Shown piece by piece: positions 1-7,408 of a stretch of DNA of 17,388 bases (position 1 is its first letter; every line of letters starts with the position of its first letter). The notes below the pieces were generated by a model. The model had not been told where the DNA came from and searched no databases. It saw nothing but the letters and a program-made list of their open reading frames with translations. The DNA comes from a virus. The stretch is taken from UHGV virus genome UHGV-1838449; one strand, 5' to 3'. The position numbers and the translations under genes are program-made.

Positions 1-78
1 ACGTAAACTTTTTCCGGTTGTTGTCGATAGCTCTATATCCCTCAACCGGAAAATAATAATACCAAAATGCTTAGCCCT

Positions 79-458
79 GCTAATAATCGCCTAATCCAAA
101 CGCCTCATTCATGTTCTGGTACAGTCGCTCAAATGTACTCCGGATACACGGCTCGCTGATTTCCAGGGCATTGTCGTAATTCAGCGACCTGTCCCGTGTA
201 TCACGGGCCTGCGAATTCATCAAGGAAAGCATTGTGGAGTGAAGTATCAAGTCACGCCATATTTCGCGATCAGGATTGTGTGTGATGGTTACATCGCCCA
301 GCCCAGGGCTGTTTAGTCATCAGCGTTTTCTGACCGTGTTGAGATTTCAACCTGTTGCAGGAAAAATGAGTAGATAGGGCAAATGTGCTGCCAAACTTAT
401 CTTTTACGGGGTGAAGGTAGATATCGTTTGAAGGGTATCTGGTGTCCCCTGCAGACAT
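79..458 (-). pseudogene. Possible decayed tyrosine-integrase remnant (no intact int ORF)
   Basis: Minus-strand frames are broken by stops. One frame (about 79..231) reads MLSLMNSQARDTRDR, resembling the lambda Int C-terminal TMASQYRDDRGR as I recall it, but with Ala where the catalytic Tyr would be. The 62-aa ORF 270..458 has a weak PSNDIYL...DKFG resemblance to an Int N-terminus. The position is where int is expected, downstream of xis. Confidence 0.25.
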
Positions 459-527
459 CTACTTGACGCGGCAGGGGATTGATTGGAATGGTGTTTTTTA
501 GATGTGAAAAATATTTTACCCGCTATT

Positions 528-728
528 TTACCCATTGGCGCGGCTTAAGAGCTTATTTTTGAATTCACAATGGTCACGATATAACCATCTTGCTCGCCCG
601 TGGATAACTTTGGCTTTTGGCAGGTCGCCGGACTTAATCCGGTCGTAGATGAAGGTTTTACCGAAGCCAGTATCGGCCATGATGAATTTCAAATCAACCA
701 GTGAATCAGGTTGTAGTTCGTGTTGCAT
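528..728 (-). CDS. xis: AlpA/Xis-family small DNA-binding protein (excisionase-like)
   Basis: 66-aa ORF with ATG start and a GGAGA ribosome-binding site 8 nt upstream. Pattern LKFIMADTGFGKTFIYDRI...W is typical of the AlpA/excisionase family. Sits at the left end where lambdoid xis lies. Confidence 0.7.
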   Translation of the reverse strand: MQHELQPDSLVDLKFIMADTGFGKTFIYDRIKSGDLPKAKVIHGRARWLYRDHCEFKNKLLSRANG

Positions 729-772
729 GAGTGCTATCTCCGAATAGGGAATCGAACCTGCAAATCAGGCAA

Positions 773-795
773 TAAAAAACCGCCATCAGGCGGCT
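773..795 (-). terminator. Intrinsic terminator on the minus strand between the zinc-ribbon gene and xis
   Basis: Hairpin CCGCC-ATCA-GGCGG (780..793) followed by a T-run on the minus strand (A-run 774..779 on plus). Confidence 0.5.
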
Positions 796-859
796 TGGTG
801 TTCTTTCAGTTCTTCAATTCGAATATTGGTTACATTGTTTTCATATATGAATAAATAAA

Positions 860-1039
860 TTAGCTTTTTTCGTTGCCTTCGCGTTCTTTATTAATTTTGA
901 CAAACTCGTTTTTACCACGCTCTCCAAATGCGTCTTTAGAGTAGTTGTATCCGCAATCGCAGCACACATAATCATCAGACCATCCACGCATTGTTTTTTC
1001 TTTTGCAATATTTCCAGAACCGCATTTTGGACAAGACAT
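860..1039 (-). CDS. Small zinc-ribbon protein (two CxxC pairs)
   Basis: ORF track 860..1072 starts at TTG; an internal ATG at 1039 with a GGAGG site 7 nt upstream gives MSCPKCGSG...CCDCG. Function unknown. Confidence 0.5.
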   Translation of the reverse strand: MSCPKCGSGNIAKEKTMRGWSDDYVCCDCGYNYSKDAFGERGKNEFVKINKEREGNEKS

Positions 1040-1135
1040 ATCACTACCTCCAAAGCATGAGTGAGATGACAACGTAACATTGATTGGAGATTAACAATAG
1101 ATTGCTGATGTAAAAGATATGTATAAGCTTCGCTT

Positions 1136-2071
1136 TCAAAGTGGAGGCTCTGGTAGCGGCATCCAGTGTGACGGTTTCCACGACGCACCAGGAATTATCC
1201 ACCCATCATTAGCGTCAGGATGACCCGGGATGTAAGTCGCCCATTTCATTCGCCAGTCACCTTTCCTGTCAAACTCCACGGCAACAAGAACGGCTGTTTT
1301 GGTATCCGGCATTCGATCACTACAGCTTATCCAACCATCCGGAGTTACCGGAGAGTTGCCGGGTTCTTTAATGTGCAAGCGAGGCTCACCATCTTTTGGC
1401 TCAGGCCACTGGCGCTCCATGTTGATCTTCAATTTATCTTCCATAGCAGCGGTAATTTCAGCATCGCTGATGCCAGCACGGCGCTGTGCATCCCACAACA
1501 GAAACTGCATATCAGCCCACTCGCTAAGATCGTCTGGTTCGGCTGCGGCTTCCAGTGCCTCTTTTGAGAGATGTTTCAGCGGGCCAACTGGACCAACACA
1601 GCCAAACGTCTTATCTGACCATTCAGCATGGCGCTGCCGGATTAAATTGCGCAATTGAAGCGATGATCCGTTCTCCTCTGACAACTCTTCATGATTACTT
1701 GCAGGTTCGACACCCTGAAGCATGGCGGCGCGGCAGGCATTCCAGCCTCTCACCTCTGCAATAGCGGCAACAGCATCGACCGCGTACATTTTAAGAGGGT
1801 TGGGCATTGGTTTTTCTTCAGGTACTACTGGCATTGGAGGGGCGGCGTATACTTCAATAATCCCATTATCAATAGGCCATTCTCCATCCTTGAGGTAGTC
1901 ACTTGTGCCGTCAACTTGCTGTTCTGCAATGTGGAATGCACCTATTGGTTTTGCTTCCAGTGATGCCAGTGCAATTTCATAAGCACGGCGCTCAATATTG
2001 TCTCGGACGTCCAGGCTGCCAATTCGCTCTCTGATTTCTTTAATCAGTTCTTTGTCGGTGAAAGTTGTCAT
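1136..2071 (-). CDS. Phage accessory protein with a central MazG-like nucleotide pyrophosphohydrolase-like region and a C-terminal DUF551-like domain
   Basis: 311-aa ORF. Central region (LSKEALEAAAEP...LSEWADMQFLLWDAQRRAGISDAEITAAMEDKLKINMERQW) resembles the MazG/DUF550 helical NTP-pyrophosphatase fold. C-terminal W/P-rich tail (WISCSDRMPD...WMPLPEPP) resembles DUF551. Family assignment is from memory, not a search. Confidence 0.55.
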   Translation of the reverse strand: MTTFTDKELIKEIRERIGSLDVRDNIERRAYEIALASLEAKPIGAFHIAEQQVDGTSDYLKDGEWPIDNGIIEVYAAPPMPVVPEEKPMPNPLKMYAVDAVAAIAEVRGWNACRAAMLQGVEPASNHEELSEENGSSLQLRNLIRQRHAEWSDKTFGCVGPVGPLKHLSKEALEAAAEPDDLSEWADMQFLLWDAQRRAGISDAEITAAMEDKLKINMERQWPEPKDGEPRLHIKEPGNSPVTPDGWISCSDRMPDTKTAVLVAVEFDRKGDWRMKWATYIPGHPDANDGWIIPGASWKPSHWMPLPEPPL

Positions 2072-2074
2072 ATG

Positions 2075-2362
2075 TTAGTCCTCATCCACTTCAACGCCAT
2101 CTTTCAGCGTGATGCCGTGCCAATCATCAGCCCAACTGGTTAGCCCTGGCGCATCAATGCTAGGCATATAGACGCTTGCAGTGTGGTAGCCCTTATCGTT
2201 ATCAATGCTGGCAACGTGCTCGCCGTTGTATGCGCTCAGCGTGTCCAGGACGCTATAAAACTTTCCTCCGGCTGCCCTGAAATCCTTTACAGCCTTCACA
2301 AGGCGATTCCACGCTTTTTCCTGTTCTGGCGTCAGGTCGATTAATTCCTGCAAAGTTGCCAT
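2075..2362 (-). CDS. Hypothetical phage protein (95 aa)
   Basis: ATG start directly after the stop of the upstream gene, with an AAGGAGAG ribosome-binding site inside the 26-bp repeat. No recognised motif. Confidence 0.5.
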   Translation of the reverse strand: MATLQELIDLTPEQEKAWNRLVKAVKDFRAAGGKFYSVLDTLSAYNGEHVASIDNDKGYHTASVYMPSIDAPGLTSWADDWHGITLKDGVEVDED

Positions 2363-2363
2363 A

Positions 2364-2861
2364 TCACTCTCCTTTGATGCGAATGCCAGTGGTACTCATT
2401 CTCCTGATTTCCCAGAGCACACGAGGAACACCACCGTTTCCGACCGGATCGCGTTTACTCCGCAGGGCGACGCTTGATTCCGCCCAGCTTTTTCTTGGAG
2501 GAAGCTCTTTCACACGAACAAAACCAGCTGCGCGGAGAGATGCTCCTGATTCATCTGCCTGGGTGTACGTAATACAACGTTGATAACCCATAGCCTTTGC
2601 TGCCCGCCAGACAGCACCATAAAGCGCGCTGTTAGCGTTGCGTTCTCCTGTGGTACATGTGCGATTTACTTCAAGCGTTAATCCATCGTCCAAATGTCGT
2701 GCAACAGGTCGACCGGCTGTCGCCACACCTATCAATTCTCCGGCATCATTTCTCAGACCAATGCTGAATTTATGCCCCACCGGGGGTTTATTGTGTCGGT
2801 GATGTCTGGATATAAACGCCTTCGCAACACGAAGAGTAATCGGTGAAATCTGCACTCTCAC
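2364..2861 (-). CDS. Hypothetical phage protein (165 aa), C-terminus GIRIKGE
   Basis: GTG start overlapping the TGA of the upstream Ea22-like gene. The last 7 residues and the 26 bp encoding them are identical to the end of the Ea22-like gene. Confidence 0.5.
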   Translation of the reverse strand: MRVQISPITLRVAKAFISRHHRHNKPPVGHKFSIGLRNDAGELIGVATAGRPVARHLDDGLTLEVNRTCTTGERNANSALYGAVWRAAKAMGYQRCITYTQADESGASLRAAGFVRVKELPPRKSWAESSVALRSKRDPVGNGGVPRVLWEIRRMSTTGIRIKGE

Positions 2862-3541
2862 TCTCCTTTGATGCGAATGCCAGCGTCAGACATCATATGC
2901 AGATACTCAACTGCATCCTGAACCCATTGACCGCCAATCCCGTAATAGCGATGCGTAATGATGTCGATAGTTACTAACGGGTCTTGTTCGATTAACTTCC
3001 GCAGAAACTCTTCCAAGTCACCAGTGCAGTGCCTGATGACAGGAGTTTTCCCAGGATGGCGAACAACAAGAAACTGATTTCCGACTTCACGGACTTCGTT
3101 GCTTTCCAGTTCTGCAATGCGCTTACTTCCATCCGCGATTACTCCCTCGTAATATTCACGCTGCTCGTTGAGTTTTGATTTTGCTGCTTCCAGCTCAACA
3201 CGCAGTTTCCCTACCGTTAGCGCAATATCCTCGTTCTCCTGATCGCGGCGTTTTATGTATTGCTGGTTTCTTTCCCGTTCATCCAGCAGCGCCAGCACAG
3301 TAGCTGGACTGGCTGCGGCGATGAATTCAGCATTGGCCTGCTGTTCCATTTGGAAATCTTCATCGAAACCGCTTTCTGGATGCGCTCCTTCAATTCTGCA
3401 AATGGGAATATATCCAGCAGCCTCGCGATGAATTAGTGCATCATCACCATCAAATCGGCCCTCTCCATATTCTAGCGACCACACACCACACGTTGCTTTC
3501 TCTGCCTTTTCACGCAGTGCCTGGTAATTAATTTCGCTCAC
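2858..3541 (-). CDS. Ead/Ea22-like protein
   Basis: 227-aa ORF with N-terminus [21 protein letters not shown] and a central coiled-coil-like region, as I recall for Ea22-like proteins of lambdoid early-left operons. GTG start overlapping the upstream stop. Confidence 0.6.
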   Translation of the reverse strand: MSEINYQALREKAEKATCGVWSLEYGEGRFDGDDALIHREAAGYIPICRIEGAHPESGFDEDFQMEQQANAEFIAAASPATVLALLDERERNQQYIKRRDQENEDIALTVGKLRVELEAAKSKLNEQREYYEGVIADGSKRIAELESNEVREVGNQFLVVRHPGKTPVIRHCTGDLEEFLRKLIEQDPLVTIDIITHRYYGIGGQWVQDAVEYLHMMSDAGIRIKGE

Positions 3542-3966
3542 TGGTTGCCTCCTTTGCGAAGCTGGGCGGCGAACTCGTTAAGTGATATGTAGCAATCTCC
3601 AAATGTTAACGAACCGCTCGACTGCATATGCTCCATAGCCATCTCCACGCCCTGCGCCCGTACTTCAGCCAGGAAGGCGTCGGTGGCCGGGGTTTTGCAG
3701 GACATTTGAATTGCCTTCTCAGTGTATAAAACACCCGTTCGATTGGCGGTATACATGATGGTGTTTACAGCATCTTGATGTGCTGATTTCACAGCCTCAA
3801 CTTCAGCAGCCAGCGCCGCGCACTTGGCCTCCGCTTCAGCAAATTTACGCACCAGATACTCAGCATTTGTTTCGTTAACCTTTAAATCTCGTGGGATGCA
3901 TTTACCTTTCAGAAAACCATCCATCTCAATTAGTGTCATTTGTTTCATTTCTTTCCACTCCACCAC
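3538..3966 (-). CDS. Hypothetical phage protein (142 aa from GTG; internal ATG starts at 3948/3939 possible)
   Basis: Long ORF in the coupled early-left gene chain, Ala/Glu-rich helical region. No recognised family. Confidence 0.5.
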   Translation of the reverse strand: MVEWKEMKQMTLIEMDGFLKGKCIPRDLKVNETNAEYLVRKFAEAEAKCAALAAEVEAVKSAHQDAVNTIMYTANRTGVLYTEKAIQMSCKTPATDAFLAEVRAQGVEMAMEHMQSSGSLTFGDCYISLNEFAAQLRKGGNQ

Positions 3967-4110
3967 ATCGCATTCAGATATTTGTTTTGATTCACTGACG
4001 GAAAAGAATTTCTCTTAAGCAATTCCTCTCTCGATGGCATTGGCTTTACGCGCTGGCGAATAATCATTTCTGCCGGAAGAATGCCGGGATTGTATGCAAG
4101 TCCTCTCATG
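3949..4110 (-). CDS. Small ORF (53 aa), translationally coupled
   Basis: ATG at 4110 overlaps the TGA of the upstream gene in an ATGA arrangement, and its stop overlaps the next gene start. Not in the ORF track because it is under 60 aa. Confidence 0.3.
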
Positions 4111-4387
4111 ATTTACTCTCCACGAACTGGTCAATAGCCATGCTAAGTGATACACCTAAAGTCTCGATATGCTGCTGAATATCCTGTAGCGTCTGCGCCT
4201 GAGATAACAGGATTTCACGGTTGCATAACTCTTTTACCAGATGCTCAAACTTGCTGTAATAACCGATACGACTTAATGTTTCTTTCCCTGCATTATCTCC
4301 TTCTTTGATAACTCCTATTTCACTAAGAATCAGATCGTGTTTTGTTCCGGTAATAACGTATTTGCCTAGGTCGATGTTTAGCTTCAT
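4106..4387 (-). CDS. Hypothetical phage protein (93 aa)
   Basis: ATG start at 4387. No recognised motif. Confidence 0.5.
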   Translation of the reverse strand: MKLNIDLGKYVITGTKHDLILSEIGVIKEGDNAGKETLSRIGYYSKFEHLVKELCNREILLSQAQTLQDIQQHIETLGVSLSMAIDQFVESKS

Positions 4388-4403
4388 TGTTAATTACTCC
4401 ATG

Positions 4404-4718
4404 TTAATTTATTCGTATGCCTTCTCTTTCTTCATCGAGTTTTTTTAGCTTGTATCGCATAGCTCTTACTGAATAAATTGAGCGGCAGGTTGCAATTGCT
4501 ATTTCTTCTGCGGAGAACTTACCGAAAAGTGATACTTCGGCTCTTGTCCAGCGTCTTCCACGAAGTCGGCTAACAATGTCAGCGCCAATCCTTGTTGCTT
4601 TCGCCATTACTGCTTTTTCAGTCCTTTCCAGTTTTTCAGCGATAACTTCAACTGGCATTGTCGCCGCTACTTCGCGCAAGAAATCGACTTCCCATTTCTC
4701 CCATGGAGTCTTTTTCAT
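4404..4718 (-). CDS. Hypothetical protein, possible helix-turn-helix DNA-binding (104 aa)
   Basis: Two segments resembling helix-turn-helix units (VIAEKLERTEKAVMAKATRIG and AEEIAIATCRSIYSVRAMRYKL). Basic composition. Confidence 0.45.
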   Translation of the reverse strand: MKKTPWEKWEVDFLREVAATMPVEVIAEKLERTEKAVMAKATRIGADIVSRLRGRRWTRAEVSLFGKFSAEEIAIATCRSIYSVRAMRYKLKKLDEEREGIRIN

Positions 4719-4729
4719 AGGCGATACCG

Positions 4730-5212
4730 TTATTTGATAAGAAGTGAAGGTTTCCCAACTTTGAGTTGAGCGCCGGGGATATTTATTCCTGCTTTTAGTT
4801 GGTGTTTGATTGCCAGTTTGTCGGCTTTAATTGTCGTTTCAAACTCAACGTATTCAGGAGGAAGGGCGCTTGAGTCGATGATTTCTACAGTTTCTGACGG
4901 TTTGCGGATTGTTACCTGGTGAATACCTGCTCGAATATTTTTCTTGCCAACCATTTCAAGCGATGACGCTATATATGATTTGATGCTGTCAATCTTATTT
5001 TGAATTACTGCGGCTCGCTCATTCAGTGACTTTGCCTCTTCCTTGAGGCGTTCGGCATAACCAGATTCATTTTTAATAATGGAAAGAAGTTGCTCTATTT
5101 TATCGGTAAATTCTCCTTCCATGCCTTCTATTGTGTCAGCAATCATCTCTGGTTCTAAATCTGAATCCATCAATTTTGCGTATTCATTGGCAATTTCATA
5201 TAGTTTGCTCAC
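4730..5212 (-). CDS. Siphovirus Gp157-like protein
   Basis: About 160 aa with a coiled-coil-rich N-half. Proposed GTG start at 5212 (MSKLYEIANEY) with an AGAGG site; the ORF track TTG start is at 5218. Directly downstream of recT, a known Gp157/RecT pairing. Family call from memory. Confidence 0.5.
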   Translation of the reverse strand: MSKLYEIANEYAKLMDSDLEPEMIADTIEGMEGEFTDKIEQLLSIIKNESGYAERLKEEAKSLNERAAVIQNKIDSIKSYIASSLEMVGKKNIRAGIHQVTIRKPSETVEIIDSSALPPEYVEFETTIKADKLAIKHQLKAGINIPGAQLKVGKPSLLIK

Positions 5213-6107
5213 TGGCAACCTCTAGTTTCGCTTTGCATTCTGCGTAAATGGCTTGTACGTTCTGCTGCAATTTCATTCCAGATGTCAGGCGATATGCTTC
5301 TGCAAAATATCGCTTCAAATCGTCCATGTTTTCTGCCTGAGCCATTTCATCGCAAAGAAGTTGTGCTTTATCCATTATTTCCTGCTGGCGTTTCCGTTCA
5401 TCTTCGCGGATATCTTCCTCTGATTTGTGCGGCATAACTGGTTCAGTCCACACACCTTCTTCTTCGTTTAGTACGTGAATAGCACTATCAAGACGTGATG
5501 CCTTAGGCCAATACTTGCTTGCACGCTTTACGACCGTCTTTCGCGCCATCTCATTCCAGTGATTTACCCATGGTCCTTTATCGCTGAATGCCGCCTTGCT
5601 TGTTTTCCTTACAGCCTCAATTTCAGCCAGACTCATCTCTTCCGTTAGATAATCACCTGCCGGCGTCTTAACTGTGCAGTAAACGCCAACGATATCACCA
5701 CGATCACCGAAGGCGTTGTATTTATGGGTTGGTGCTTTATCAAGCCCGTTTGACTCATAGGTATCGTTAGCATGAACAAGTTTTGCCTGACCCCATGAGA
5801 TAACACCAGACTCCATTGCAATATGAAGCAATCCCATATAGCTGATATCAAGGCAAACCATGCCATCGCGCGGAACTAGATAAGCCAGTTTGCTTGCAGG
5901 GTTTAAGGTGATGCCGATCGCCGCAACGTTGATGATGGCGTTCTGTGCGCTGGTTGGATTTGCCAGTGCTGTTTTAGCCAGGTAATCGTTTTTCTGGAAA
6001 TACTGAATTGCAAACTGGCTTTCCTTAGCCCATGTCACCGTCTGTTCAGTCAATGCTCCGCAGAATAACTGCTCTTGCTGTTTAACGAATTCAACGATAT
6101 TGCTCAT
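5196..6107 (-). CDS. recT: RecT-family single-strand annealing recombinase
   Basis: 303 aa. Motif GPWVNHWNEMARKTVVKRASKYWP closely matches E. coli RecT GPWVTHWEEMAKKTAIRRLFKYLP, and the family-typical core is present. Confidence 0.85.
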   Translation of the reverse strand: MSNIVEFVKQQEQLFCGALTEQTVTWAKESQFAIQYFQKNDYLAKTALANPTSAQNAIINVAAIGITLNPASKLAYLVPRDGMVCLDISYMGLLHIAMESGVISWGQAKLVHANDTYESNGLDKAPTHKYNAFGDRGDIVGVYCTVKTPAGDYLTEEMSLAEIEAVRKTSKAAFSDKGPWVNHWNEMARKTVVKRASKYWPKASRLDSAIHVLNEEEGVWTEPVMPHKSEEDIREDERKRQQEIMDKAQLLCDEMAQAENMDDLKRYFAEAYRLTSGMKLQQNVQAIYAECKAKLEVASEQTI

Positions 6108-6415
6108 GCAGCTTCTCCATAAATATGTCTGCGTTTGAATATTGCGAAGGCATATTCAGCCTTAACTCTTTCGGTTATTGCATCCCAGAACCATTCAGCG
6201 GCTTTTTCCTGATAGTTACAGTCATCATCTTCCAGCCAGTCGATAGCGTCCTTAGTGTGTTCATCTGGTTTATATGAGCGAAGCATTTCGCTTATTGGGT
6301 CGCAACGTTTGCAGAGGCGATCAACTTCACTGTTGATTCGCTCGTAATCTTCATCAGTAAAACTTGCGATTATTTGCGATATTTCACGCTTATCATTCAG
6401 AGTCAGAATCATCAT
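6104..6415 (-). CDS. Hypothetical acidic protein (103 aa) upstream of recT
   Basis: ATG start; stop overlaps the recT ATG (ATGA). Not exonuclease-like. Acidic with several Trp. Confidence 0.5.
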   Translation of the reverse strand: MMILTLNDKREISQIIASFTDEDYERINSEVDRLCKRCDPISEMLRSYKPDEHTKDAIDWLEDDDCNYQEKAAEWFWDAITERVKAEYAFAIFKRRHIYGEAA

Positions 6416-6500
6416 CTTTCTCCTGTTCTTTGTGCTGATTGAGCATTTTGTTCATCTGACGAATGAATTCTTCGTCTGACCAGTTATCTGTAAAACTCAT
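6393..6500 (-). CDS. Small acidic ORF (35 aa), translationally coupled
   Basis: ATG at 6500 overlaps the stop of the Kil-like ORF (ATGA). Sequence MSFTDNWSDEEFIRQMNKMLNQHKEQEKDDDSDSE. Confidence 0.25.
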   Translation of the reverse strand: MSFTDNWSDEEFIRQMNKMLNQHKEQEKDDDSDSE

Positions 6501-6649
6501 TTCCTGCGATACCACGGAAGGTTGATAGCTGATTTCATCGCTTTATTTGCTTCAAGCCACATTTTTGAATCACCAATAAATCTGGCTATTACTGCTTTGT
6601 TTTGTGCTGCACGAAGCATCTGGTGATTGATGGCTATTTCATTGCGCAT
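6497..6649 (-). CDS. Kil-like small protein candidate (50 aa)
   Basis: Sits between the CIII-like gene and the recombination genes, as lambda kil does. Contains FIGDSKMWLEA, which resembles my recollection of lambda Kil (FIGDEKMFREA). Under 60 aa so absent from the ORF track. Confidence 0.35.
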   Translation of the reverse strand: MRNEIAINHQMLRAAQNKAVIARFIGDSKMWLEANKAMKSAINLPWYRRK

Positions 6650-6768
6650 AACGCCTCCAGTTGTTTCTTTGCTGCTCTGATTAATTGTTTAACTCGGCGT
6701 GATAATTCAGATTCGTGCGGGTAGAAAGCGGACATGACGCCGCTACCCGCGAGCTGAAAGTGCATCAT
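6634..6768 (-). CDS. cIII: CIII-like FtsH-inhibitor protein
   Basis: ATG at 6768 with an AAGGAG site 6 nt upstream. MMHFQLAGSGVMSAFYPHESELSRRVKQLIRAAKKQL parallels lambda CIII (AIAGWPVAGCPSESLLERITRKLRDGW) in its amphipathic helix region. The ORF track's longer start at 6819 lacks a ribosome-binding site. Confidence 0.5.
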   Translation of the reverse strand: MMHFQLAGSGVMSAFYPHESELSRRVKQLIRAAKKQLEALCAMK

Positions 6769-6843
6769 GGGTAACTCCTTATATTTGATTGCATAACGAA
6801 AATGCCTCTCGTGAAGCATTATTGGTATGCGGTAAAGCCGCGC

Positions 6844-7212
6844 TCAGGCGGCTTTGATAGTCATATCATCTGAATCAAATATTCCTGATGTATCGATATC
6901 GGTAATTCTTATTCCTTCGCTACCATCCATTGGAGGCCATCCTTCCTGACCATTTCCATCATCCCAGTCGAACTCACAAACAACACCATATGCATTTAAG
7001 TCTTTCGAAATTGCTATAAGCAGAGCATGTTGCGCCAGCATGACTAATACAGCATTTAATACAGCGCCGTGTTTATTGAGTCGGTATTCAGAGTCTGACC
7101 AGAAATTATTAATCTGGTGAAGTTGTTCCTCTGTCATTACGTCATGGTCGATTTCAATTTCTATTGATGCTTTCCAGTCGTAATCAATGATGTATTTTTT
7201 GATGTTTGACAT
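6844..7212 (-). CDS. Hypothetical acidic phage protein (122 aa)
   Basis: ATG at 7212 with a GAGGA site. Asp/Glu-rich, especially the C-terminal third. A DUF2528-like assignment is tentative. Confidence 0.5.
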   Translation of the reverse strand: MSNIKKYIIDYDWKASIEIEIDHDVMTEEQLHQINNFWSDSEYRLNKHGAVLNAVLVMLAQHALLIAISKDLNAYGVVCEFDWDDGNGQEGWPPMDGSEGIRITDIDTSGIFDSDDMTIKAA

Positions 7213-7231
7213 CTGTTCATATCCTCATAGA

Positions 7232-7258
7232 TAAAAAATCGCCCTCACATTGGAGGGC
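7232..7258 (-). terminator. Intrinsic terminator on the minus strand (tL2-like) just upstream of the 122-aa gene
   Basis: Hairpin GCCCTC-loop-GAGGGC (7241..7258) followed on the minus strand by a T-run (A-run 7233..7238 on plus). Confidence 0.6.
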
Positions 7259-7374
7259 AAAGAAGATTTCCAATAATCAGAACAAGTCGGCTCCTGTTTA
7301 GTTACGAGCGATATTGCTCCGTGTATTCACTCGTTGGAATGAATACACAGTGCAGTGTTTATTCTGTTGTTTGT

Positions 7375-7408
7375 GCCAAAAATAAAGGCCACCATCAGGC
7401 AGCCTTGT
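7375..7408 (-). terminator. Intrinsic terminator on the minus strand (tL1-like) after the first gene downstream of N
   Basis: RNA stem AAGGCUGCC/GGUGGCCUU with two G-U pairs (7385..7408), followed by a U-rich tract on the minus strand. The gene's TGA stop lies in the loop. Confidence 0.45.

Noticed and set aside
746-757. tRNA T-arm-like motif (minus strand GGTTCGATTCCC) just upstream of xis
   Set aside because: The flanking sequence does not form a T-stem, acceptor stem or CCA end, and no D-arm or anticodon arm can be drawn. Likely a chance match or a small relic; not called as a tRNA or att core.
1220-1963. Plus-strand ORFs 1220..1567, 1299..1658, 1555..1764 and 1691..1963
   Set aside because: All lie antisense within the 311-aa minus-strand gene, have no ribosome-binding sites and implausible composition; treated as shadow ORFs.
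5645-5866. 73-aa minus-strand ORF inside recT in another frame
   Set aside because: Fully nested within the well-supported recT reading frame, with no independent start signal.
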